A DNA stretch of 64,000 nt, taken from the NCBI GenBank assembly GCA_002269645.1, contig NIVC01000654.1, positions 65,009 through 129,008 of the forward strand, written 5' to 3'. The position numbers and the translations under genes are program-made. The stretch comes from Macrostomum lignano. Lineage: Eukaryota. Under the pieces are notes generated by a model. It was given only the letters and a program-made list of their open reading frames with translations. It was not told where the DNA came from and did not search any database. This document shows positions 13,034-25,554 of the stretch, piece by piece (the stretch's first letter is position 1; every line of letters starts with the position of its first letter).

Positions 13034-13171
13034 TTAAAGCTCCATAACAAAAAAGACAGCTGCATTATAAGTCGCTGGTTGCTTTGCCACGAGTGCCAGA
13101 CAACTGAGCTGGCACTCGAGCCTGAGCCTGAAACTGGCAGGCTGAGCAGGGTTGTAGTAGATCTTTTCCAT
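13034..13171 (-). pseudogene. Short remnant resembling the N-terminus of a Polinton integrase
   Basis: Translates MEKIYYNPAQPASF..., which resembles the remembered (L/M)xxIYYxPxxPxSF start of Polinton integrases. It degenerates afterwards and there is no DDE core. Not database-verified. Confidence 0.45.
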
Positions 13172-13638
13172 TATCAAAATCAAGCTGAATGAAAGCCTGC
13201 CAGTTTCATTCCTGCCAGAAAGAATGAAATTTTTTTAAGTTCTTTTCGCGGTTTGCTCATTGAGCCACTGTTCAATGCTCTTTCAATTTTTATGCCCACC
13301 CTCTTCTCTAACTTGATGCAGCAGCTTTGAGCAAATTGAAAAACTAGCTGGTTGGCCAGGAGCAAATAATTTTTTTCCATTTTCTCAAGAAACAAAAGTC
13401 AACAGTCTAATTTTTTTCTTAAGCACAAGAACAAAGGAAAACAATTTTTTTATGAAAAGAAGCTTTTATATTTTTTAGCGGATAAGAAACAATAAGTTGC
13501 ATGATTTTCTTACATGGAGAGACTTAATTAAGTTTTCTGGATAAATGAGCAATGTTAATTATAGAAATTGTTAAATGAGCCAATTTAAGTATGTCACCAG
13601 TCACCAAAGTTCTTCAAAGCACTTCTTATTCTTCTTCT

Positions 13639-14382
13639 TCACTCCTCATCCTCATTGAGGCGCAGTCTCATGGCGTTCTGCCTGCGCAGCGGATATGGTT
13701 GCTTGCGCTTCCTGACGTTCTCGACCGCAGCTGCTTCAGCCCGGAAGCGATACCAGACTGGGTCCTGCAGCAAATCCGAATCCTGCTTTGGGATAAAGCC
13801 AGCTGCAGCTCTTGTCACCGGTAGAGGCGTTGATGTGACCACTTCATCGTCGATGCGTAGAGTGCTTGATTGGACGCCCTCATCCTCAGTCTTCGCAAGC
13901 CGCATGGTGTCGTCCTTGTTGCTGTTGTCATCATCATCACCGTTTCTCTCGCTCGAAGATCCCGACTCCAGCTCATACACATCAGAAATTTGGCGTGGGG
14001 CAGACAGCTGCTCGTCGATCCATGCAGCCTGCTCCCACAGTTTTCGCCACAGAGCTGGTGCCAAGGCCACAGTGTTTCGCTTCAAAAATTCTTCGCAGCA
14101 ATCTTCTGGAAGCCGTCTTAGCCAGATGATGCCGTTCTTAACCTCAACAAACTTATCAAAACCGAGTTTGATGATCCTCTGTTGCCCGCCTAGGGCCGCC
14201 TTCACGAGAGTTCGCTTCGGTTCTTTCAACTTCTCCCATTGTCGGATGTTGAGGTTAAATCCGGGAACGCCGGGTTTTAAACTTGCTGTGCTGCCATGTC
14301 GATAAAATTTCCGAATCGCAATAAACTGTACTCCTTCATACTCTTGTACTTGAAGTTTGTAGCCTTCTCCAATATCGACCAT
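13639..14382 (-). CDS. PC4/SUB1-like ssDNA-binding protein with two tandem PC4-like domains and an acidic/basic tail, encoded by the element
   Basis: Intact, intronless 247-aa ORF. Domain 1: IGEGYKLQVQEYEGVQFIAIRKFY...PGVPGFNLNIRQWEKLKE. Degenerate domain 2: IKLGFDKFVEVKNGIIWLRR...VALAPALWRKLWEQAAWIDEQL. Confidence 0.8.
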   Translation of the reverse strand: MVDIGEGYKLQVQEYEGVQFIAIRKFYRHGSTASLKPGVPGFNLNIRQWEKLKEPKRTLVKAALGGQQRIIKLGFDKFVEVKNGIIWLRRLPEDCCEEFLKRNTVALAPALWRKLWEQAAWIDEQLSAPRQISDVYELESGSSSERNGDDDDNSNKDDTMRLAKTEDEGVQSSTLRIDDEVVTSTPLPVTRAAAGFIPKQDSDLLQDPVWYRFRAEAAAVENVRKRKQPYPLRRQNAMRLRLNEDEE

Positions 14383-14456
14383 TATTAATTAGTTATTACG
14401 ATGTAACGGAGCGAGAATTTCAAAAATTTTATTATTTGTGAAAACAAATTTTCTGG

Positions 14457-14464
14457 TTTATATA
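14457..14464 (-). promoter_or_regulatory. Candidate TATA box for the PC4-like ORF
   Basis: TATATAAA on the - strand about 75 nt upstream of the ATG at 14382, inside the element. Confidence 0.35.
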
Positions 14465-14531
14465 CAAATATCTCCTATGTAAACACATGCAGCTATGTAT
14501 TCACATTAGGGGGCCTACCCCTATGGAACAC

Positions 14532-14686
14532 AGGTGCCTATGTACTCTCATTAGGAGTCTACGGAATTCCCATGGCTTTGCCTGCGGCAGAGTTGAGCTA
14601 TGCAAACACATAGGCGCCCTTCTGATCCGGGCCCACGGAATTTCCGTGGCTTTCCCTGCGGCAGAGTTGTGTTATCCTCTACTACT
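14532..14686. repeat. Right terminal inverted repeat (155 bp)
   Basis: Reverse complement of 12267-12421. Confidence 0.95.
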
Positions 14687-15267
14687 CACCGGATTCGAGC
14701 CTACACGCGATTTTCAACTGCCCGAGGGGGGACGCGCACCGCATACGCCTGGTCGGCACTGAAGTGGAGCACCTCATCGCCGAGCCGGGCTTCGCTCTTT
14801 CGCTCCTACGGAGCATGGGGCGCTGGCCCTCGTGCGTTTCGGAGCGCTGAAGAAGAAGAATGTGACAGCTAATGTGACAGCTGGAAATCATGCTAAGAAG
14901 ATTTAATACAGTTAAAGAATATGCGCGTGAAAAACCAGCCTTTTTTATGACTAGAAGTGAATATTTTCGAAAATATTATAAACACTCCTCATAGCTATAG
15001 CTGGCAGGACATAAATTAATGGTTAAAATTTAGCCTCTATCCGGTGTGACGTGTTTGCGTTAAATAATTTTGGCTTACCTAAAAATTAAATGTTTTTTAA
15101 TTAACTTTTAATAACATTTTTTGTAAAATGAGCGTTTAAACTTCTAAAAATAACTTTATTGTTGTTTTACTGCTTGTTGTCAATCAACACAAACCGTACA
15201 TTCCAGCATTTTTTCAAGGAAAGAGTGTAATCTAAAAGTTTTCTTCTCTAAGGTAGAGGGAGAAATC

Positions 15268-15491
15268 ATAGGCCCTAGGGTTGTCTAAAGAGTCTCTGCG
15301 CATGTGCTGTAATGTACTTTTTCTAAATATAATTAAATTCGAAGTAAGAAATCCTGGCTATACAAAGTGTATTTTTTAGTATATCAAAATATTTTTTGAA
15401 TTGTAATTATATCAATCAATAGGACTCAAGACCTTATTAATATTAGCTAATAGTTAGTTTCAGTGTCACTCTGTACGTCCCTAGGGCCTAT
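15268..15491. mobile_element. Small AT-rich MITE-like element
   Basis: 13-bp inverted repeat ATAGGCCCTAGGG and CCCTAGGGCCTAT; no TSD confirmed. Confidence 0.35.
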
Positions 15492-17039
15492 CATTTTCGG
15501 AAAAAAATCTCTGATTTTTGTGTACTAAGGGAAGAATAGACGATATGACAAAGGCCTAGAAATATATAATATTTTTCAAAAGTACTTTTTAATTGGTCCT
15601 TTAAGTCTACAATTGCATTTTTCATTTGACCATTTTGGGCTATTAGTGCTGTTAGGTATACATAGTAACCATTCCCTAAGGCAGGGGAAATGAAGTTATT
15701 TATCCTTGATCTATCTAAAAATCCTATCTATATATGCAACACTGACAAATATTGAACTTTTTAATTTTATTTCAATTAGGGCCTAATACTTTTTTAACTT
15801 TTAACTATTCTAGTTAATAGTTCTTTAATCCTTAGTTAAGCTTAGCCTTAGCCTATAACAGATCTAGACTTTCATTTTGGGGGATCAAAGTTTTGGGAAC
15901 CAATATAAATATGAGAGGCACCAATTTTTAAGCTAGGAAATGTTAAAAATTCATGTAGGAAACAAAAAATCAAGCTTAAAGGTGTAAAAATATAAAGAAG
16001 ACAAAAAATCAAGGCTCTTAAAGGCACAAACTTAGGTTTGTTTTTGGGGGAACAATATGTTCTATCAAGATATTTTGGAAAAGGGTGGCCTACTGTGGTC
16101 ATCCCAAGTGGCAGCGTAAGAATGGCAAGGAGGGGGCAGCTGCCCTTGGGTGACCACAGGTCACTGCCTCATGGGGGTATCTATCCCACTATCCCCATGG
16201 CCCTCAAAAAGACCTTAAGAAGGTCTCCCCTTGTTATGCAACTTGCATCAATGATTAAAAATGCATTTTTATAGGAAACTTTATGTTGAACATTCATTTT
16301 AAAAGAAGTGTATCAAAATTTGTTCATAATTCTTTACTTTCTTAAAAGGGGGGATGACCACCTAAGGGGAAATGTGACCACCTAACTATTGCCCCCCCCC
16401 CCTAACAAGAGATACTGCACTGCCATTGGTTACACCTAGTGTCTCCCTCAAAACCTATCCCCTGGCTTAGCTTAGGCCCTCTATCATTGTTAAAATCAAT
16501 TATCTTTCTTTACCAATTCCACCAATAGGTTGCATCTTTTATACAACTAGCTGAGTAAGTATTAATATTAAATAGCATACTATTATTTATATTTTGTCAA
16601 CCCTATAATTAAACCTTAGAATAATCTTTGCATACATAAAACATCAATGCCATCATGAGAACAATGGATTATATATTTATATCAAGGGCAAATTGTAAGA
16701 ATGCATAGTATGTTGGACATTTGTTTGACATATATCTTGAGATTTCATTGAAAGTAATTAGGCCCTATCATTTTGAGTTAACTTAATCTGCTAAGTTTTG
16801 GCTAGTGATGGACTAAATGTGGATTTTTGTGAGTTTCCCAAAACCAAATCCAAATGTACAAAAAATGCTGAATCCAAATAATCTAAATATCTAAATGTGT
16901 TTCCAAATATAAGCAAAAATTAAAGGTAAGGCAAATGGTAAGAATAACTATGACAATTTGAAGTTACAAAAATGCCTAATTATCTAATTAGTAATTTAAG
17001 TAAGCAAATTTTTTTTATTAGAGGCAGGGGGGTTGTGTG

Positions 17040-17372
17040 CACCCTGGCGCACTTTAAGCGACATAGGCACACAACTGGCGAGAGGCATTACTGCCCATTC
17101 CGCCGACTCCCCTGAGCAGGCATACAAGCGCGCAGATACGTACGCAGGCACACACTCATACAGGAGTGTACAGCGGCCCTAACTTTATTTTATCGTTAGG
17201 CATGTACACTTCACTGCGCCTTGGGGGGTTTGGCTCTCAAGGCCATTAATTGCACGAGCAGAGCCAAGCCAAGATTCCAATTCAGCCCCAAATTAATGTG
17301 ACTGCACTTGGAATCGAGTCTGGGTCGCTGGCACACCAGAGCCTGTGCTAGACCGCTGGGCTACGGCCCCCC
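17040..17372 (-). mobile_element. SINE-like family copy D with tRNA-like head
   Basis: The - strand begins GGGGGCCGTAGCCCAGCGGTCTAGCAC (A-box-like) ... CTCGATTCC (B-box-like), followed by the shared hairpin core at about 17163-17212. Confidence 0.8.
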
Positions 17373-18798
17373 TAAGTAAGCAAATAGTATAGTATAAAAA
17401 TAATGGAGTTTTGAATTTTTATATTTCTAAGAGAGTTAGTCTACTAAAAATGAAGCCTATTATATAAGTATCTAGATTTCTATTTTTTGATTGATGCTAG
17501 CTAGTACCTTGGTTTTTTATATGACATTAAATTTAGACATGTGGGATATAGAAATGAATAGTGTCCAATATAGATAATTAAATCAATTAGTATGCTTATA
17601 TGCTTAAACATATTTAATATCCTATTTAGAGAAATCATTAGATTCAAATTGAATAAAAGTCTATTTCTATTGCCTAAAAAATAATGTTTCTATAATTCTG
17701 TGTAGTCATGTTCCTAGTATCAAATTTTGCTTGTAGTGTACTTTTACATTTAATAAAAGATATTTAAATGTCTTTCTCAAAGCCAATAATAAACTTTTCT
17801 TAGATTTTAGCCCCAAATCAGTCTAATTCTTATCATCCCCACAGTTCTTACCATAACTAAAGGAGATGCAATTTGTAACATAAGGACCTTAGTTTAGGTT
17901 GGTATTGGTAAGGGTAGAGTGAAGAGTTATGGCTAGATTTGGATTAAGGCTGCCACTTGATGACCATTGGTTTTAGGGTAAAGACTAGCGATAGAGAGAC
18001 TAGCCCTATGGGATATACAAAAGCAATGAATAAAAATTATTTGAGAATCCTTTAAAATGTAAGCATATTTCTTTAGTAGCATTCCTTTTTCAGTTAAATA
18101 AATCATATTATTTAATTAAAATCATTCAAAGAATGGAGTAATTTTCTAATTAAACAATGTATAGTTTTTGACCTCTCCACCTTGGTATCTTAGCAATTTT
18201 CCCTAGTCATCCTTGATATCTCAGCAATAATTAGATAAGAAAGTTGTGCATAAATTTTTATATATTTACTTACTATTAAATTTTTATCTATAAATTATTT
18301 TTTATGAATAATTTCCTAAATATATCCTAATGTGTCTTAGACTAATAGGCTTTGAAATATTATGATAATGTATTAATTGTAAACATGCAAATGCTTGATA
18401 GCAAACTTTTAATGGATTTTGGTGACTTATTTGATTGCTTATTTGATAACAGCTTAAATGAACCTGGAAATATAAAAACTAGAATTGTTTTTTGTTTTAT
18501 AATGAAAAGTAATACATTCAAAAGAAAGCGAGTTTCATTTTTTGCAGCTTAGTTGATAGGTGCTATTTTATTATTGCATTTCTACTTTTATTCTTTTCGA
18601 TTTTATTACTGATAGTAGGCTTTTTTGCACATATGAACGAGTATAGTTGTTTCAATGCTAAAATGACTCATACTTTGCCAGGGATATTTAAGCTTACTCT
18701 ACAAAGTTTGAGATAAAAGTTGAATATTTTTTATAACAATTAAAACAGAAGCAGCTGTTATGTGATGCAGGCAGACTGCTGAGGATCCAGCTTAGGCC

Positions 18799-20393
18799 TT
18801 AACTGCGCCTCCTGTACCGCAGGTAAATCATCATCTTTCGTCGGAATGTCCTGCTCTGCGCCAGATAGACAATCCACTTGGTGCTTTGCTCTAGAAACAC
18901 AAGGAATAAGCTGATATCTAGCCAGTTCCACATTAACTGCAGCTGGCCATTGCTTGCATTGTGGCTGATGTACACAGTGATGTAGTTGATTAGGCCCAGG
19001 CTGGCAGCTGGTACTGCACAGATTAAAACCAACACAGATAGCAGTACTATCATTATTGTGGCTTTCATTTCTTCCGTCTCCAGTTGTTTCGGCATGATGT
19101 TGCTCTGATTAGCTCCGCCATTTACTAGGCGATTGTGCTGGCGGGTTACCTGCGCCATTTTGATTAGCAGAGCCAGGTTGATGAGGAATATCAGCAGCAT
19201 CTGGGCGATGCCTAGAGGATGTTTTTGATTGAGAACAATTTCTTGCGAAAAAAATAATAAACTGACATTGCTTTTTCTTCTAAACTAAATGTCCCTGCTT
19301 AAAAAACTTTTTTCCTGATTAATTCTACTTTCATCTTTGTTTTCGCCTGCCCCAATCTCCAATTTTGAGTCGTTTCCTTCCCTAATCTTAGAGCTGCTTC
19401 CCCCCTGATCCTCAGGCTTGTTTTCCAATATCCTCAGATCCTCAGTTGCTGGGCCAGCCTCCCAGATCCTCAGTTGCTGGGCCAGCCTCTCAGATTCTCA
19501 GTTGCTGAGCCAGCCTCTCAGATCCCCAGTTGCTGGGCCAGTCTCCCGGATCCTCAGTTGCTGGGCTACCACCAGAGCCACTGTGGCTCTATCTCAGCTA
19601 AAGCCACTGAGCTAGAGCCACTTTTAATAGGTAAAAAAACAGAAAAAGTGTAAACTTTCAATAACTAACCTTTGACATAGAGAGCGTCGTATAGTTGAAA
19701 AGCGCCGCTATTGACGGTGAGCCAGCAGAAGACGAGTTTCTGCTCCGGCACGGTGACATATCCCATCATAACAACAAACGGTAGAGCGCTAAGCAGGCTA
19801 ACAAGCAGAGTAGCCAGACTCAGTCTAATTGCCGTCTTGTTGCTAACGTTAATAAATTTGAATGGAAAGTACACAGCTAGGCATCGATCGGCTGCCACGA
19901 GTAGAAACGAATTATAGGCGTGTATGCTGGCCAGACCGGCCAAGAATCTGTACAGTCGACACGGCCAAACTCCGAAGTTCATCAAATAAACGTAGCTGCT
20001 GCCCCCCGTTGCCCACGGCAAGCCTTTAGCTAAGAATAGCCATCCTAATCCGACGAATAGCAGGTGAAGCGTGTCAGCAAATGCTACACCGCATAGGTAG
20101 ACGCTGTGCCTATTTACTTGGATGCTTTTGAAGCCGAGTACAACTATAGTCAGTATGTTGCCAATGACGCCGATAGCTAGCACCGCTGGAAACGGATAAG
20201 CGTACAAGGCGCCAAGCAGAGTAGCCGTGGTGCATAGCAGGTTGCGTTGTTCAGCAGATTCATTATTACCATGCTGCGAAGTGCATTGTTCTAGTAATTC
20301 GGTAGGTCTATCTGGAAACTGATAAGTAACGTTGTCTATCGTAATTGAATCCAGTTTGTACAAGGCGTGTATTAAAAAAAACCTTAATTTCAC
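18799..20393 (-). CDS. Rhodopsin-class orphan (peptide-receptor-like) GPCR; exons about 20393-19670 and 19211-18799; true start codon unresolved
   Basis: TM1 GVIGNILTIVVL, TM2 LCGVAFADTL, TM3 ...AADRCLAVYFP, TM4 SALPF, TM6 VLICAVP, TM7 EQSTKWIVYL. The phase-1 intron (AAAG|gttagt ... ctctag|GC) joins in frame. The listed start is a GTG. Confidence 0.85.
19430..19570. repeat. Short intronic tandem repeat (CCTCAGTTGCTGGGCCAGCCTC motif)
   Basis: About 5 imperfect copies, seen directly. Confidence 0.8.
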
Positions 20394-21354
20394 TATGCAG
20401 CTAAGTGCAGAGCGATGCTTCCTGGTTTGGTTTTATGCGATAATAACTGTCTCATAGTAAGTATATGTTGGTGGAATCGAGGCGTTTCTATTGGCAACTC
20501 GCTCAGAAGTATTCTCATTGGTTGGTAGTATTTGAGCAATATAGAGAGGCACATGAGTCTTTGCACCGTGCCTTTTTGTCAATCAACTTCACTTTATAGC
20601 TGGCTCTACTATTAATTAAGGCATCACTTGAACGTGCAATTGCATATGTACATCGGAGTAGCTAATGAGAGGTGAATAAATTAAGGAGTGTTTGAATCAC
20701 TTTAGGCACGTTGGGACACTGTTGTGCACTCGCATAAACTCCTAAAACGATTTTTTCTATCATTCATTTTGACCAAGCCACGTGTTTAATTTTAATGTGT
20801 AGATAAGCGCCTGCGCTCAATTAACAAGCATGGCCCAGTTGAATAATCAAATTATATTGCACTCAGTCTAAATATAGGCTTGTGTTTATAAATTGCGGTC
20901 GAGTCATTTGCATCGCAGCTGTGGGATGGGGAAGTGCTGAGATACCAAGGCTCATGGGAGGGGGGAACTGCTGAAATACAGACTAGCTATAGTATGTGGT
21001 GGGTAGTGAGCGACTTGAACACTTTTAGAACTTATTACATTACATTTCTGGTGTTGACATAAATATCCATACTCCCAATGACTTCTTCCTTCGTCAATCT
21101 AAAGGATATTCTTCCCAATTCCGCTCCTCGCATTTATCTTGCGCATTTGCCGCGTTTCTCCTTCCCAGAGTGATTGACTGCTCGTGTCAATATGAAAGCC
21201 ATTATCCGAATGCCTAAATTATTAAACACTATAATCGATATATAGTAAAGTTGCGATTGACTTGTCAATTAGTTACTCGTAGTGGTTCCAGGATAATGTT
21301 TGGATAAATGGATTTTTCCGGAGCTATTTTTATTTATTGCTTACATCTACACAT

Positions 21355-22755
<1,401 letters not shown>

Positions 22756-23149
22756 TATTCAGTGAGCAAAGTGTGCTATCGGTTAATTTAAAATCAAGCA
22801 GTAGGTTAGGCAAAACAGGTTTAATTACGAACTGTTACACAGTTTTCCACCCATTTTGGTCTATTTTTGTAAGCTAAAGGCTTTAGACGACTGCTTAAAA
22901 TTAAGCTTAGGTCATTAGTTTCCAACAATGTGTTTATAAAGATTAGGTAATGACGTTCTGGTTTTTGCACTAGCTAAACTGAATAAGCCAATTTTTTATT
23001 TTTTCGATATTCGCAAAAACTCATTTTTCAGATCATTATCTGTGTTTCATTCGCTGACTTGGCTTTCAAAAAATTTGATTTTTTTATCAGGATTTCTGCT
23101 TTCTTCTTATCCTACTTATATCTCACTATCATATTTCCTATTCGTTCTG

Positions 23150-23865
23150 TCTTCCTCCCTATCTCACTTGTCCCTCTCCCTCTCACCTGTCCCTCTCCCT
23201 CTCACCTGTCTCTCCTCCCTATCTCACCTGTCTCTCCTCCCTATCTCACCTGTCCCTTTCCCTCTCACCTGTCTCTCCTCCCTATCTCACCTGTCTCTTC
23301 TCCCTCTCACCTGTCCCTCTCCCTCTCACCTGTCCCTCTCCCTCTCACCTGTCTCTTCTCCCTATCTCACCTGTCCCTCCTCCCTCTCACCTGTCCCTCT
23401 CCCTCTCACCTGTCTCTCCTCCCTATATCACCTGTCCCTCCTCCCTATCTCACCTGTCCCTCTCCCTCTCACCTGTCTCTCCTCCCTATCTCACCTGTCT
23501 CTTCTCACTCTCACCTGTCCCTCTCCCTCTCACCTGTCCCTCTCCCTCTCACCTGTCTCTTCTCCCTATCTCACCTGTCCCTCCTCCCTCTCACCTGTCC
23601 CTCTCCCTCTCACCTGTCTCTCCTCCCTATCTCACCTGTCCCTCCTCCCTATCTCACCTGTCCCTCTCCCTCTCACCTGTCTCTCCTCCCTATCTCACCT
23701 GTCTCTTCTCACTCTCACCTGTCCCTCTCCCTCTCACCTGTCCCTCTCCCTCTCACCTGTCTCTTCTCCCTATCTCACCTGTCCCTCCTCCCTATCTCAC
23801 CTGTCCCTCTCCCTCTCACCTGTCTCTCCTCCCTATCTCACCTGTCCCTCCTCCCTATCTCACCT
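23150..23865. repeat. Pyrimidine-rich minisatellite (TCTCACCTGTCCCTCTCCC variants, about 19-22 bp)
   Basis: Seen directly; it ends just before the acceptor TTCCCTTCAG at 23902. Confidence 0.95.
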
Positions 23866-23940
23866 GTTCATTTTCTCTCGTCTCTTCGCAACTTCCCTTC
23901 AGCTAAGCCAGTGATTATCCACTGCTTATCCGCCCTGCTC

Positions 23941-25459
23941 ATGTTACCGCAATTTCCACGCCAACATTGCCTTTTCCAGTCCGACCCAATCAACTCCGCA
24001 TTGGATTCTGTAGCAGCGGTGCCAGCAGCAGCAGGTGGCGACACGCTTGTTGCAGAAGTTGCAGCAAAAGACACCAAACAAGCGGAATTAGAGAAAGAGG
24101 AAGAAGAAGAGGACGACAGCATGAGAATACTGTGCCTGCACGGCTATCGTCAGACTGGCAGTTCGTTTCGCCAAAAGACTGGCGCATTCCGCAAACTAGT
24201 TAAGAAGACTACGAATACTTTTCGAACTATTCGCTACGATTTTATCGACGCGCCGCATTTGGTTGATTCGCCGTCGGCTGCCGATGTCGATTTGAGCGGC
24301 GTCAGCAACAATAGCGGCCTGTTGTGCCTGACTGGCGGCTCCGCTGGCACCGAGCGGGCCTGGTGGTTCTCCAAACCTACTGGCGGATTCAATGCCTCAG
24401 AGCAAAGTGACTGGGAGCACGGATTGGAGGAGTCTTTGAAGCTGGTTGTGGCCCAGTTGAGGAAGCACGCCTACGACGGCCTGATGGGCTTCAGCCAGGG
24501 CGCCGCTATGGCCTATATTGTACTGCGACACTTAGAGAACGAGGAGCCGTCGCTTCTGCCCAAATTTGCTATCCTGTTCGCGCCATTCAAAAGTCCCTGC
24601 AGCGGGCACAATAAGTATTACGATAAAAGAGTCGATACGCCCTGTATGGTCGTTAGCGGGGAGGTTGACAAGGTGAGTTGGTTGCGAACCGCTAGATTAA
24701 TAGAATAAGACTGGGAAGCACGAGGAAGAGACAGGGAAGCGGGAGGGAAGAGACAGGGAAGCGGGAGGGAAGAGACAGGGAAGCGGGAGGGAAGAGACAG
24801 GGAAGCGGGAGGGAAGAGACAGGGAAGCGGGAGGGAAGAGACAGGGAAGCGGGAGGGAAGAGACAGGGAAGCACGAGGAAAGAGACAGGGAACCGGGAGG
24901 GAAGAGGCAGTGAAGCGGGAGGGAAGAGACAGGGAAGGGGAGGGAAGAGACAGGGAAGCGGGAGGGAAGAGACAGGGAAGCACGAGGAAAGAGACAGGGA
25001 AGCGGGAGGGAAGAGGCAGGGAAGCGGGAGGGAAGAGGCAGGGAAGCGGGAGGGAAGAGACAGGGAAGCGGGAGGGAAGAGACAGGGAAGCGGGAGGGAA
25101 GAGACAGGGAAGCGGGAGGGAAGAGACAGGGAAGCGGGAGGGAAGAGAATGGGAAGCAGGAGGGAAGAGACAGGGAACATACACTGTAAGCTTACTAGTA
25201 GAAGAGGTTGATAGTGCTAAAATGCTATAAAAATGCTCAATCAGTTCAACAGATAGTATAATTGTTACAATTTTGTTTGTTGTTGCCCCTTATATGAAAT
25301 CAGGTGATACCCAGGGAGATGACGGAAGCCCTGCTGCCAACGTTTGGCCAATTGTCGTTCTTCGGTCACCCGGCTGGTCACATTGTGCCGGCTAAGGCGG
25401 AGCACCGAACTAAATACCTGTCATTCATTAACCTGTTCGACAAACGGCCGCCTCGATAA
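23941..25459 (+). CDS. OVCA2: OVCA2/FSH1-family serine hydrolase; exons 23941 (or 24121)-24672 and 25304-25459
   Basis: RILCLHGYRQ, RAWWF, nucleophile motif GFSQGAA, Asp in GEVDK|VIP across a phase-0 intron, His in HPAGHIVP. Confidence 0.9.
24715..25180. repeat. 22-bp purine-rich intronic minisatellite (GAAGAGACAGGGAAGCGGGAGG)
   Basis: Seen directly in the OVCA2 intron. Confidence 0.95.
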
Positions 25460-25554
25460 AGCTTAGCGGTTAACAATATAGATATTCATTTTTGCTGTTC
25501 TTTTGCGCTTCTTTGCGCATTTTAGTGAAGATTTTTTGTATGGGGGATTCTTGG

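Larger units (their letters stand above)
12267..14686. mobile_element. Non-autonomous Polinton/Maverick-like element, 2,420 bp
   Basis: Starts AGTAGTAGAGG and ends CCTCTACTACT. 155-bp TIRs with one mismatch. Exact 6-bp TSD CACCGG at 12261-12266 and 14687-14692. The insertion itself is certain; the Polinton assignment rests on known terminus, TIR and TSD rules. Confidence 0.8.
11785..14860 (+). mobile_element. 5'-truncated non-LTR retrotransposon 3' end (RNase H C-terminus, CCHC knuckle, GAA tail), interrupted at 12267-14686
   Basis: WVPAHCGIPANEAADR is the RNase H C-terminal motif. Removing the insert and one TSD copy gives CQDCGAPDSSLHAIFNC (CX2CX7HX4C). Stop at 14848-14850, followed by a (GAA)n tail. 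Confidence 0.85.

Noticed and set aside
13655-14305. 216-aa + strand ORF inside the mini-element
   Set aside because: It is an antisense shadow of the PC4-like ORF; Ser-rich with no domain signal.
23059-23940. Apparent 300-aa N-terminal extension of OVCA2 in the ORF track
   Set aside because: It is read-through of the CT-rich array upstream of the acceptor at 23902 and begins at a non-ATG codon.
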